Source: a virus
Taxonomy: Duplodnaviria; Caudoviricetes
IMG/VR virus record: IMGVR_UViG_3300030207_001643
Coordinates: 1 to 36,395 of that record
Reading direction: 5' to 3' (one strand)
Length of the DNA: 36,395 nucleotides
Position 1 is the stretch's first letter, and the number at the start of each line of letters is the position of its first letter. This document shows positions 1-8,457 of the stretch, in pieces. The position numbers and the translations under genes are program-made. The notes under the pieces were generated by a model. That model was not told the DNA's origin. It searched no databases and worked only from the letters and a program-made list of their open reading frames with translations.

Positions 1-1672
1 TTTCATGGCCTCAGGAGAGGTGGTTAACTTGGCAACCATATCAAGTGACAGTAGGTATGGTATATTATCCAAGTCCGGTCCTGATGCCAAGAAGATGTTC
101 ACAGATAAGGTGGTACCCATATCAGTTAATTATCCCTTCTTTTTCAAGCCGACCCAGGACGGAATGGACCGTCCAAAGACCGAACTTGCCTACCGTGTCC
201 CCGCAACCAAGTACACCCGTCGTAAGCTCACCGCCACCGCCGATGAAACTTTACAGGACGAATTACAGGGACTTGATACCACCATCGACTGGAAAAATAC
301 CGGTGATAACTCCTACGACGGTGAGAAACTCAAACTTCTCGTCCATGACGAATCGGGTAAATGGGAAAAGCCCAATAACATCCTCAACAACTGGAGGGTC
401 ACAAAAACTACGTTACGATTAGGTAGTAGAATTATTGGTAAATGCATGATGGGTTCAACATCTAACGCGTTAGACAAAGGTGGTAGAAATTTTAAAAAAT
501 TATATGATGACTCAGATGTCACTAAAAGAAACAGCAACGGACAGACTCGTTCAGGATTATATAGTTTGTTCATACCTATGGAATGGAATTACGAAGGATA
601 CATTGATTCTTATGGATTACCTGTATTCAATACACCGTCAAAACCAGTTGAAGACCCACATGGTATTAAAATTAAACAAGGCGTAATAGAATATTGGGAC
701 AACGAAGTAGAAGGATTAAAAGGTGATCAAGACGGTTTAAATGAATTTTATAGACAGTTTCCTCGTACAACTAAACACGCTTTTAGAGATGAGTCAAAAC
801 AATCTTTATTTAATTTAACTAAAATATATGAGCAAATAGATTTTAATGAAGATTTAAAAAATAGTATAAATATAACACAAGGTAATTTTCAGTGGGAAGA
901 CGGAAAGCAAGATACTAAAGTTATTTTTATACCAAACAAACAAGGAAGATTTTATATTACTTGGATACCAGATGTAATGGTTCAAAATAAAAGATACATT
1001 AAAAATGGTATAAATTATCCAAGTAATGAACATATGGGTGCTTTTGGTTGTGACCCATATGATATATCAGGTACAGTAGATAAAAGAGGTTCTAACGGTT
1101 CATTACATGGACTTACTAAGTTTAGTATGGAAAATGCACCGCCAAATCATTTTTTCTTAGAATATATAGCTAGACCTCAAACAGCTGAAATATTTTTTGA
1201 AGATGTATTAATGGCGTGTGTTTTTTATGGTATGCCAATACTCGTAGAAAATAATAAACCAAGACTTTTATATTATTTTAAACGTAGAGGTTATAGAGGT
1301 TTTGCAATGAATAGACCTGATAAAGCAAGAAATAAACTATCAGTTACAGAAAGAGAAATAGGTGGTATACCTAATTCTAGTGAAGATATAAAACAAGCTC
1401 ATGCAGCTGCTATTGAAACATATATAGAGCATTTTGTAGGTTTAAAAGAAACAGGATATGGAGATATGTATTTTCAAAGAACATTAGAAGATTGGGCAAA
1501 ATTTAATATAAACAATAGAACAACTCATGATGCTTCGATTAGTTCAGGTTTAGCTCTTATGGCTTGTAATAAACATAGATACACGCCTGTAACAAAAAGA
1601 GAATTAAAGTCTGTTGATTTAGGTATTAAAAAATATAATAATAAAGGATCGACATCAAAAATTATAAGTTAA
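1..1672 (+). CDS. terL: Terminase large subunit (5'-truncated by the window; frame open from position 2)
   Basis: Walker B LLVHDESGKW, coupling motif MGSTSN and RNase H-like nuclease acidic motifs (GCDPYD, ILVENN, HDASIS). Lies directly upstream of the portal-like gene. Walker A is absent, so it probably lies upstream of the window. Confidence 0.9.
   Translation, partial: FMASGEVVNLATISSDSRYGILSKSGPDAKKMFTDKVVPISVNYPFFFKPTQDGMDRPKTELAYRVPATKYTRRKLTATADETLQDELQGLDTTIDWKNTGDNSYDGEKLKLLVHDESGKWEKPNNILNNWRVTKTTLRLGSRIIGKCMMGSTSNALDKGGRNFKKLYDDSDVTKRNSNGQTRSGLYSLFIPMEWNYEGYIDSYGLPVFNTPSKPVEDPHGIKIKQGVIEYWDNEVEGLKGDQDGLNEFYRQFPRTTKHAFRDESKQSLFNLTKIYEQIDFNEDLKNSINITQGNFQWEDGKQDTKVIFIPNKQGRFYITWIPDVMVQNKRYIKNGINYPSNEHMGAFGCDPYDISGTVDKRGSNGSLHGLTKFSMENAPPNHFFLEYIARPQTAEIFFEDVLMACVFYGMPILVENNKPRLLYYFKRRGYRGFAMNRPDKARNKLSVTEREIGGIPNSSEDIKQAHAAAIETYIEHFVGLKETGYGDMYFQRTLEDWAKFNINNRTTHDASISSGLALMACNKHRYTPVTKRELKSVDLGIKKYNNKGSTSKIIS
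3..422 (+). CDS. Candidate overprinted +1-frame ORF inside terL; Pro/Ser/Thr-rich, start probably upstream of the window
   Basis: Frame is open from position 3 to TAG at 420-422 (140 codons). It coincides with a GC-rich patch of C/G-ending terL codons that ends near this stop. Confidence 0.55.
   Translation, partial: SWPQERWLTWQPYQVTVGMVYYPSPVLMPRRCSQIRWYPYQLIIPSFSSRPRTEWTVQRPNLPTVSPQPSTPVVSSPPPPMKLYRTNYRDLIPPSTGKIPVITPTTVRNSNFSSMTNRVNGKSPITSSTTGGSQKLRYD
504..686 (+). CDS. Weaker candidate overprinted +1-frame ORF inside terL (60 aa)
   Basis: ATG at 504 follows the AT-rich stretch aaattttaaaaaattat. The frame is open to 686 and is the same frame as 3..422. Confidence 0.3.
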   Translation: MMTQMSLKETATDRLVQDYIVCSYLWNGITKDTLILMDYLYSIHRQNQLKTHMVLKLNKA

Positions 1673-4060
1673 ATGAATATATACACTAACACTAATAGTC
1701 CTTTTCCAAGTCAAGTAGTAAGTGACGCAGAAAAAGCTAGTATTGAGTATGGAAAACAAGTTGCTCAAGCTATAGAGCAAGAGTGGTTTCAAAGAGGAAG
1801 GACTAGTGGTAATAGATACTTAACTAACTGGAATAATTTCCACATGCTAAGATCTTATGCAAGAGGTGAGCAGTCTATACAAAAATATAAAGATGAGTTA
1901 GCTATTAATGGTGATTTATCATATTTAAATTTAGACTGGAAGCCAGTACCAATTTTATCAAAATTTGTAGATATAGTTGTAAATGGTATATCATCAAAAA
2001 CTTATGATATAAAAGCATATGCTCAAGATCCCGAGTCTATAAAGAAAAGAACTAGTTACGCTTCTAAAATATATGAAGACATGTTATCTAAAGAATATTT
2101 AGATAATTTAAAAAACACGCTAGGTATTGATTTATATCAAACTCCTAGCACTGGTGTAATGCCTGAAACAAAAGAAGAACTAGAGCTTCACATGCAATTA
2201 TCTTATAAACAAAGTGTTGAAATAGCAGAAGAAGAATCTATATCAAGTGTTTTTGCGCAAAACAAATATGATTTAATTAGACGTAGATTAAATATGGATT
2301 TAACAGTTTGTGGTATAGCAGCTGCTAAAACTAATTTTAACACTGCTGAAGGTGTAACAGTTGATTATGTTGATCCAGCATACATGGTTTATTCTTATAC
2401 AGAAGATCCAAATTTTGAAAATATATATTATGTAGGTGAATTAAAAGCTATTACAATATCAGAGCTTAAAAAAGAGTTTCCTAATATATCTGAAGAAGAA
2501 TTAAAAAGAATACAAGCAATGCCAGGTAATAAATCTTATATTACTGGTTGGGGTGATTATGATTCTAATACAGTTCAAGTTTTATATTTTGATTATAAAA
2601 CATATCATAACCAAGTATTTAAAATAAAACAAACAGATCAAGGATTAATGAAAGCTATTGAAAAGCCAGATACATTTAATCCACCAGAAAATGATATGTT
2701 TGAAAAAGTATCAAGATCAATTGAAGTATTATATAGTGGTGCTAAAGTTTTAGGTACTGATACAATGCTTAAATGGGAGCTTGCTGAAAATATGTCAAGA
2801 CCTTATGCTGATACCACTAAAGTTAAAATGAATTATGCTATATGCGCGCCTAGAATTTATAAAGGTAGAATAGAATCACTAGTTAGTAAATGTACTGGTT
2901 TTGCTGATATGATTCAAATTACACATTTAAAACTACAACAAGTTATATCTCGCATGGTACCAGATGGCGTTTATTTAGATATGGACGGACTTGCTGAGGT
3001 TGATTTAGGAAATGGTACTAATTATAATCCAGCAGAAGCGTTAAATATGTATTTCCAAACTGGTAGTATTGTTGGTAGAAGCTTAACGCAAGAAGGCGAT
3101 ATGAATCCAGGTAAAGTTCCAATACAAGAACTTAATTCTGGTACAGGTGCAGGTAAGATACAAAGTCTTATACAAACTTATCAATACTATTTACAGATGA
3201 TAAGAGACGTGACGGGACTAAATGAAGCTAGAGATGGTAGTTTACCAGACCGTAACACGCTTGTAGGACTACAGAAACTAGCCGCTAATGCATCAAATGT
3301 AGCAACTAGACATATTGTGCAGTCTAGCTTATTTTTAACGCTTAAATTAGCAGAAAATATTAGCTTAAAAGTAGCTGATGCTTTAGAGTTTCCATTAACT
3401 AGAGCGTCACTTCAGAACTCTATATCAACATATAATATTAAAACATTAGATGAAGTTGTTAATTTAAACTTACATGACTTTGGTATTTTCTTAGAATTAG
3501 AACCAGATGAAGAAGAAAAACAACAACTAGAAGCTAATATACAAATAGCTTTACAAGCTAAAAACATTGATGTTGAAGATGCTATTGATTTAAGACAAAT
3601 TAAAAATCTTAAACTAGCTAATCAAATGTTAAAAGTAAAACGTAAACAAAAAGCTAAACAAGATCAATTAGCGCAACAAGCTAATATTAAAGCTCAAAGC
3701 GAAGCTCAATCACAAGCTGCAGAAAAAACAGCTATGGCAGAAGTACAAAAACAACAAGCTATATCTGGTGCTAATGTAGAATATGAAAAAGCTAAAAGTG
3801 AGTTTGAAAAAGATCGTATGCAGCTGCAGGCACAGTTAGATCAACAGAAAATGATGCAGCAACATAAAAACGATATGGAACTTAAACAATTAGAAGTTCA
3901 ACAACAACAACAAAAAGAAAAAGAAATAGAAGATCGTAAAGATAAAAGAATAAAAATGGAAGGAACTCAACAGAGTAAAATGATACAGCAGAGACAAACT
4001 GATAGCCCAGCTATAAATTTTGAAGCTGAATCAGGACTAGACATGTCGCCTTTCATGTAG
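1673..4060 (+). CDS. Portal protein
   Basis: 795 aa, placed between terL and the scaffold/MCP genes. Has the IRDVTGLNEARDG portal-like motif and a long Q/K/E-rich C-terminal coiled coil (P22-type barrel). Confidence 0.85.
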   Translation: MNIYTNTNSPFPSQVVSDAEKASIEYGKQVAQAIEQEWFQRGRTSGNRYLTNWNNFHMLRSYARGEQSIQKYKDELAINGDLSYLNLDWKPVPILSKFVDIVVNGISSKTYDIKAYAQDPESIKKRTSYASKIYEDMLSKEYLDNLKNTLGIDLYQTPSTGVMPETKEELELHMQLSYKQSVEIAEEESISSVFAQNKYDLIRRRLNMDLTVCGIAAAKTNFNTAEGVTVDYVDPAYMVYSYTEDPNFENIYYVGELKAITISELKKEFPNISEEELKRIQAMPGNKSYITGWGDYDSNTVQVLYFDYKTYHNQVFKIKQTDQGLMKAIEKPDTFNPPENDMFEKVSRSIEVLYSGAKVLGTDTMLKWELAENMSRPYADTTKVKMNYAICAPRIYKGRIESLVSKCTGFADMIQITHLKLQQVISRMVPDGVYLDMDGLAEVDLGNGTNYNPAEALNMYFQTGSIVGRSLTQEGDMNPGKVPIQELNSGTGAGKIQSLIQTYQYYLQMIRDVTGLNEARDGSLPDRNTLVGLQKLAANASNVATRHIVQSSLFLTLKLAENISLKVADALEFPLTRASLQNSISTYNIKTLDEVVNLNLHDFGIFLELEPDEEEKQQLEANIQIALQAKNIDVEDAIDLRQIKNLKLANQMLKVKRKQKAKQDQLAQQANIKAQSEAQSQAAEKTAMAEVQKQQAISGANVEYEKAKSEFEKDRMQLQAQLDQQKMMQQHKNDMELKQLEVQQQQQKEKEIEDRKDKRIKMEGTQQSKMIQQRQTDSPAINFEAESGLDMSPFM

Positions 4061-4063
4061 TAT

Positions 4064-4089
4064 TAACTATTTAATTATATTATATTATG
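4064..4089 (+). promoter_or_regulatory. Repeated 26-nt leader motif TAACTATTTAATTWTATTATATYATG (copy 1)
   Basis: 24/26 identical to 6791-6816. Both copies end exactly at a start codon. Confidence 0.55.
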
Positions 4090-5289
4090 TCAGAAAAACA
4101 AGCAGCCGTAGAGGTTAAGCAAGAAGGTGAATTTACTTTAAAAGGTAAATCAAAACCTAGAAAACCAAAACAATTAGGTAATAAAGAACAAGAAATACAA
4201 AAGGTAAATATTAAAGAACCTTTAGTAGAAGTTGAGCCTGATGTTAAAAAAGTAGAAATTAAAAAAGAAGACAATGCCATTCAAATCGGAGAAACAGAGG
4301 AGGTATCTGTGGAAAAACCATCCGGAGATAGCACAGAGGTGGGAGAACCTGTACAAGAGTCCAACGAGACTACTGAAGGGTTTTCTCCGATCCAAGAAGT
4401 AACTGAAGAAGAAGTTAAGCAAGAAGTAAAACAACCAGAAGTAAAACCAGTTGAACAACCAGCTGTAGATTTACCTGAAAATGTAGAAAAGCTTGTTAGC
4501 TTTATGAAAGAAACAGGTGGTACTGTAGAAGACTATGTTAGATTAAATGCAGATTACAGTAACGTTGATGAAAAAGCATTGTTAAAAGAATATTATAAAA
4601 AAAATAAACCTCATTTAGATGCTGAAGATGTAGATCTTATTTTAGAAGATTTTACATGGGATTCAGATATTGATGAGGAAAAAGATATACGAAAGAAAAA
4701 GTTAGCATTTAAAGAAGAAGTTGCTAAAGCTAGAACATATCTAGACAACTTGAAAAATAAATACTATGACGAAATTAAATTACGTCCTGGTGTAACTCAA
4801 GAGCAACAAAAAGCAATAGACTTTTTTAATCGTTACAATAAACAGCAAGAACAGGCTGAGCAACTACACACGCAGTTTAAACAAAGTACTAAACAGCTTT
4901 TCAGCGATCAATTCAAAGGTTTTGATTTTGAAGTTGGAGGCAAAAAGTATAAGTATAACATACAAAATCGTGATGCAGTTGCAGAAAACCAATCAAACAT
5001 TAACAATCTGATAGGGAAGTTCCTAGATGCAGATGGTAGTGTAGTAGACCCGGCTGGTTATCATAAAGCAATGTATGCTGCTGAAAACGTAGATAAGATC
5101 GCTACTCATTTTTATGAACAAGGCAAAGCTGACGCCGTTAAGGATGTAGTTAACAAATCTAAAAACCTTTCTGATGTAAAAGCTAGACAAGGTAATACAG
5201 GTGAAGTTTTCGTTGGTGGCTTTAAAGTAAAATCGATTAGTGGTGCAGACTCTACAAAACTTAAAATTAAAACAAAAAAGTTTAACTAA
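4087..5289 (+). CDS. Capsid scaffolding-like protein
   Basis: 400 aa between portal and MCP, with an acidic low-complexity N-half, a helical/coiled-coil core and a basic C-terminus. Confidence 0.65.
   Translation: MSEKQAAVEVKQEGEFTLKGKSKPRKPKQLGNKEQEIQKVNIKEPLVEVEPDVKKVEIKKEDNAIQIGETEEVSVEKPSGDSTEVGEPVQESNETTEGFSPIQEVTEEEVKQEVKQPEVKPVEQPAVDLPENVEKLVSFMKETGGTVEDYVRLNADYSNVDEKALLKEYYKKNKPHLDAEDVDLILEDFTWDSDIDEEKDIRKKKLAFKEEVAKARTYLDNLKNKYYDEIKLRPGVTQEQQKAIDFFNRYNKQQEQAEQLHTQFKQSTKQLFSDQFKGFDFEVGGKKYKYNIQNRDAVAENQSNINNLIGKFLDADGSVVDPAGYHKAMYAAENVDKIATHFYEQGKADAVKDVVNKSKNLSDVKARQGNTGEVFVGGFKVKSISGADSTKLKIKTKKFN
4274..4402 (+). CDS. Overprinted 42-aa basic protein in the +1 frame of the scaffold gene (MPFKSEKQRRYLWKNHPEIAQRWENLYKSPTRLLKGFLRSKK)
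   Basis: ATG at 4274 after the A-rich aattaaaaaagaagaca, TAA at 4400-4402. It spans a GC-rich patch of the host gene. The sequence resembles the MPFKSxKQRxYL...PEIAxxW motif of small phage proteins (recognised from memory). Too short for the ORF track. Confidence 0.75.
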   Translation: MPFKSEKQRRYLWKNHPEIAQRWENLYKSPTRLLKGFLRSKK

Positions 5290-5306
5290 TTTAAAATTTA
5301 TTAATT

Positions 5307-6749
5307 ATGGGTACATTAAGTCCACAGTTTGGATCAATATTACCATCTCAGAAGCAAGAGCTTTTAAATAGCAATTATTTAAAGTTCAACACTGGAGGTG
5401 CTAATGATTTTATCCAACAGTATTTACCAGAGGTCTACGAAGCTGAAGTAGAGCGTTATGGAAACAGAACGTTATCTGGATTTTTAAGAATGGTTGGTGC
5501 AGAAATGCCAATGACCTCTGACCAAGTAATCTGGTCTGAGCAAAATAGATTACATATTTCATACGATAACATGACTGCTAACGGTGCTGGTACTATTTTA
5601 ACATTAAGTGCTACAGCTGGTCAAAACATGGTTATCTCTGTAAATGACACTGTAGTTGTATTAGATACAGGTACTGGTGCTTCAGGAAAAGCAATTGTTA
5701 CTGCTGTAACAGCTGGTGGACCTGGTGTTGGTAACATTACAGTACAAGCATGGGACGGTGTTCAGTATACTGCTGCAAACAACTTTAATTCTGGAAGTCT
5801 TAAAGTATTTGTTTACGGTTCTGCATACAGCAAAGGAAGATCTACTGCTGGAACTACTGCTGATTCAGTAAGAGTTTCTGTTGATCCTTCTTTTACACAA
5901 TTTTCTAACTCACCAGTTATTATTAGAGATCAATATATAGTAAATGGTTCTGATATGGCGCAGATAGGTTGGGTTGAAGTTGCTACTGAAGACGGTGCTT
6001 CTGGATACTTATGGTATTTAAAAGCTGAGTCTGAAACTAGACTAAGATTTGAAGATTATTTAGAAATGGTATGTATTGAAGGTGAATTAAACGTTGCTGC
6101 AGGTGCTGGTGATTATCAAATTGATAAACTACCAGGCACTGAAGGTTTATTTGCTGCTATCGAAGGAAGAGGTAATGTTGAAGTAGGATTTACTGCTGCA
6201 AGTGGTATTGGAGACTTTGATGAAATTCTTAGAAACCTAGATACTCAAGGAGCAATTGAAGAAAACATGCTATTCTTACAAAGACAAACTGCACTAGATT
6301 TTGATGATATGCTAGCTAGTATTTCTGCTGGTAGCACAGGTGGTGTTGCTTTTGGATTATTTGAAAATTCAGAAGAAATGGCGCTTAACTTAGGATTTTC
6401 AGGATTTAGAAGAGGTTCTTATGATTTTTACAAAACCGATTGGAAATACTTAAATGACGCTTCTACAAGAGGTGCTATTACAGGTATCAACTCAATTGAA
6501 GGTGTATTAATACCAGCTGGAACTTCTACAGTTTACGATCAAGTTTTAGGAACTAACATCAGAAGACCTTTCTTACACGTTAGATATAGAGCTTCTCAAG
6601 CTGACGATAGAAGAATGAAGTCTTGGGTGACTGGTTCTGCGGGTGGTGCGTTTACTTCAACTCTTGATGCTATGGAAATTAATTTCCTATCAGAAAGATG
6701 TTTAGTAACACAAGCTGCTAACAACTTTGTATTATTCAAAGGAGTGTAA
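5307..6749 (+). CDS. Major capsid protein
   Basis: 480 aa, downstream of the scaffold gene and followed by a strong hairpin. Segments such as PGTEGLFAAIEGRGN and GFRRGSYDFY resemble MCPs of Bacteroidota phages. Confidence 0.8.
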   Translation: MGTLSPQFGSILPSQKQELLNSNYLKFNTGGANDFIQQYLPEVYEAEVERYGNRTLSGFLRMVGAEMPMTSDQVIWSEQNRLHISYDNMTANGAGTILTLSATAGQNMVISVNDTVVVLDTGTGASGKAIVTAVTAGGPGVGNITVQAWDGVQYTAANNFNSGSLKVFVYGSAYSKGRSTAGTTADSVRVSVDPSFTQFSNSPVIIRDQYIVNGSDMAQIGWVEVATEDGASGYLWYLKAESETRLRFEDYLEMVCIEGELNVAAGAGDYQIDKLPGTEGLFAAIEGRGNVEVGFTAASGIGDFDEILRNLDTQGAIEENMLFLQRQTALDFDDMLASISAGSTGGVAFGLFENSEEMALNLGFSGFRRGSYDFYKTDWKYLNDASTRGAITGINSIEGVLIPAGTSTVYDQVLGTNIRRPFLHVRYRASQADDRRMKSWVTGSAGGAFTSTLDAMEINFLSERCLVTQAANNFVLFKGV

Positions 6750-6756
6750 TTTTTAT

Positions 6757-6791
6757 AAAGGTAAGGGCGCTTCGGCGCCCATATACCTTTT
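6757..6791 (+). terminator. Hairpin/intrinsic terminator after MCP
   Basis: GGGCGC-TTCG-GCGCCC (cUUCGg tetraloop), extended by aaaggta/taccttt and ending in a short T run. Confidence 0.7.
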
Positions 6792-6816
6792 AACTATTTA
6801 ATTTTATTATATCATG
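6791..6816 (+). promoter_or_regulatory. Repeated 26-nt leader motif (copy 2)
   Basis: taactatttaattttattatatcATG, 24/26 identical to 4064-4089. Confidence 0.55.
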
Positions 6817-7623
6817 ACAAAAAAGAAAAAAGAAGAGGTTGCAGTTGTTGCTGAACCTAAAAAAGAAACACCTAAGGTTGTAAAACCTGAATGGGAAGTA
6901 AAAGATAGAACATATCTATTAAAAGGAAATAAAACACCTTTAACATTAACAATACCAGGTAAGCATACAAGAAAACATGCTTTACTTTGGTTTGATCCAA
7001 AAACAAAAAAACAAAGAGAAATAAGATATGCTACTAATATGTCTTCACCATTTGCAGACGAGCAAAATGGAGAGGCAACTCTTGGGCATATTGTATTTAA
7101 AGATGGTAGACTTGACGTGCCAGCAAAAAACATTGCTTTACAAAAGCTATTAAGTTTATACCACCCTTTAAAAGGTAAAATGTATACTGAGTTTAAACCA
7201 ATTAAACAAGCAGAAGATGAACTTGAAACTATTGAGTGGGAAATTGACGCTTTAAATGCTGCTAGAACAATTGATATTGATCAAGCAGAAGCAATAATGA
7301 GAGTTGAATTAGGTTCAAAAGTTGGTTTAATGAGTTCTAAAGAAATAAAAAGAGATTTACTTTTATTTGCTAAAAGAAATCCAAAGTTATTTATTGAATT
7401 AGCTAAAGATGAAAATGTAATGCTGAGAAATTTAGCTATTAGAGCTGAAGAAGCAGGTATTGTTATTTTATCTCAAGACCAAAGAACATTTTATTGGGGC
7501 TCAAATAATAGAAAGTTAATGAACGTGCCGTTTGATGAAAATCCATACTCGGCGTTTGCATCTTTCTTAAAAACTGATGAAGGTGTTGAAATCTATAAAT
7601 CTATAGATAAAAAACTAAATTAA
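6814..7623 (+). CDS. Hypothetical protein downstream of MCP (head module)
   Basis: 269-aa ORF with genome-typical codon use and a helical C-half. Function not recognised. Confidence 0.6.
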   Translation: MTKKKKEEVAVVAEPKKETPKVVKPEWEVKDRTYLLKGNKTPLTLTIPGKHTRKHALLWFDPKTKKQREIRYATNMSSPFADEQNGEATLGHIVFKDGRLDVPAKNIALQKLLSLYHPLKGKMYTEFKPIKQAEDELETIEWEIDALNAARTIDIDQAEAIMRVELGSKVGLMSSKEIKRDLLLFAKRNPKLFIELAKDENVMLRNLAIRAEEAGIVILSQDQRTFYWGSNNRKLMNVPFDENPYSAFASFLKTDEGVEIYKSIDKKLN

Positions 7624-7632
7624 CAAGTGATA

Positions 7633-7669
7633 ATAATATAGGGGTGACATAATGTCACCTCTGTATTAT
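7633..7669 (+). other. Intergenic 17-bp RNA stem-loop
   Basis: ataatataggggtgaca-taa-tgtcacctctgtattat. The two non-Watson-Crick pairs are G-U on the + strand. No U tract follows. Confidence 0.55.
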
Positions 7670-7683
7670 AATAAAAAAATATA

Positions 7684-8457
7684 ATGGCGGTAAATATAAA
7701 CACAGTATACACTACAGTCTTGTACATATTAAACAAAGAACAAAGAGGTTATATAACTCCTGCTGAGTTTAATAGTCTAGCTACACAGGTGCAAGAAGAA
7801 ATATTTGAATCATATTTTCCTAATGGTAATCAATTAAACCGTCCTAATCAACAAAACATACAAAACGATACAGAGTTTTTTAATATGTTTAAAAACAATG
7901 CTTACAAACTGTATCCTTTTGAAGAAGAAACAAACTTTACTTATAATGCCGCTAATGATGGTTGGATATATGGAGGATCAAGACCTTTATATAATATAGG
8001 TGAAGTTATATCTACTTATAATACAACTAATCCACAAAGCAACGGTCCTCGTTACGATTCTATAACACAAGTTAGTAGCAGAAGTGATTATAATGAAATT
8101 ACTAGATCAAAACTAACCGAACCTACAGCTCAATATCCTTTAGCATATATAACTAATGTTGCAATTGCTCCATCAACTACACGTCAAGTTTTTATGAAAA
8201 TATTTCCAAAACCTGATTCAGTAATTGCTAACTGTATAGTAAATCCAACCGCTCCTAATTGGGCTTTTACTATTGGTTCATTAGGTCAGTATTTATATAA
8301 TAATACAGCTTCTATAGATTTTCAATTAGATATATCTGAGCAAACCAATATTATTACTAATATATTAAAATATGCTGGTGTTATAATTAGAGATCAAGAA
8401 ATAATTCAAACAGCTATGCAAGATGCTGCTAAAGTTGAACAAAACGAAAAATCATAA
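7684..8457 (+). CDS. Head-tail adaptor/ring protein (crAss-like)
   Basis: N-terminal VYTTVLYILNKEQRGYITPAEFN helix and C-terminal ILKYAGVIIRD, typical of ring/adaptor proteins. Position also fits. Confidence 0.55.
   Translation: MAVNINTVYTTVLYILNKEQRGYITPAEFNSLATQVQEEIFESYFPNGNQLNRPNQQNIQNDTEFFNMFKNNAYKLYPFEEETNFTYNAANDGWIYGGSRPLYNIGEVISTYNTTNPQSNGPRYDSITQVSSRSDYNEITRSKLTEPTAQYPLAYITNVAIAPSTTRQVFMKIFPKPDSVIANCIVNPTAPNWAFTIGSLGQYLYNNTASIDFQLDISEQTNIITNILKYAGVIIRDQEIIQTAMQDAAKVEQNEKS

Noticed and set aside
1-420. Antisense ORF as the cause of the GC-rich terL patch
   Set aside because: All three reverse frames contain stops in this interval. Only the same-strand +1 frame is open.
3185-3340. 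Slightly GC-richer patch in the portal gene as another overprinted ORF
   Set aside because: Both shifted same-strand frames contain stops, and no convincing ORF was found.
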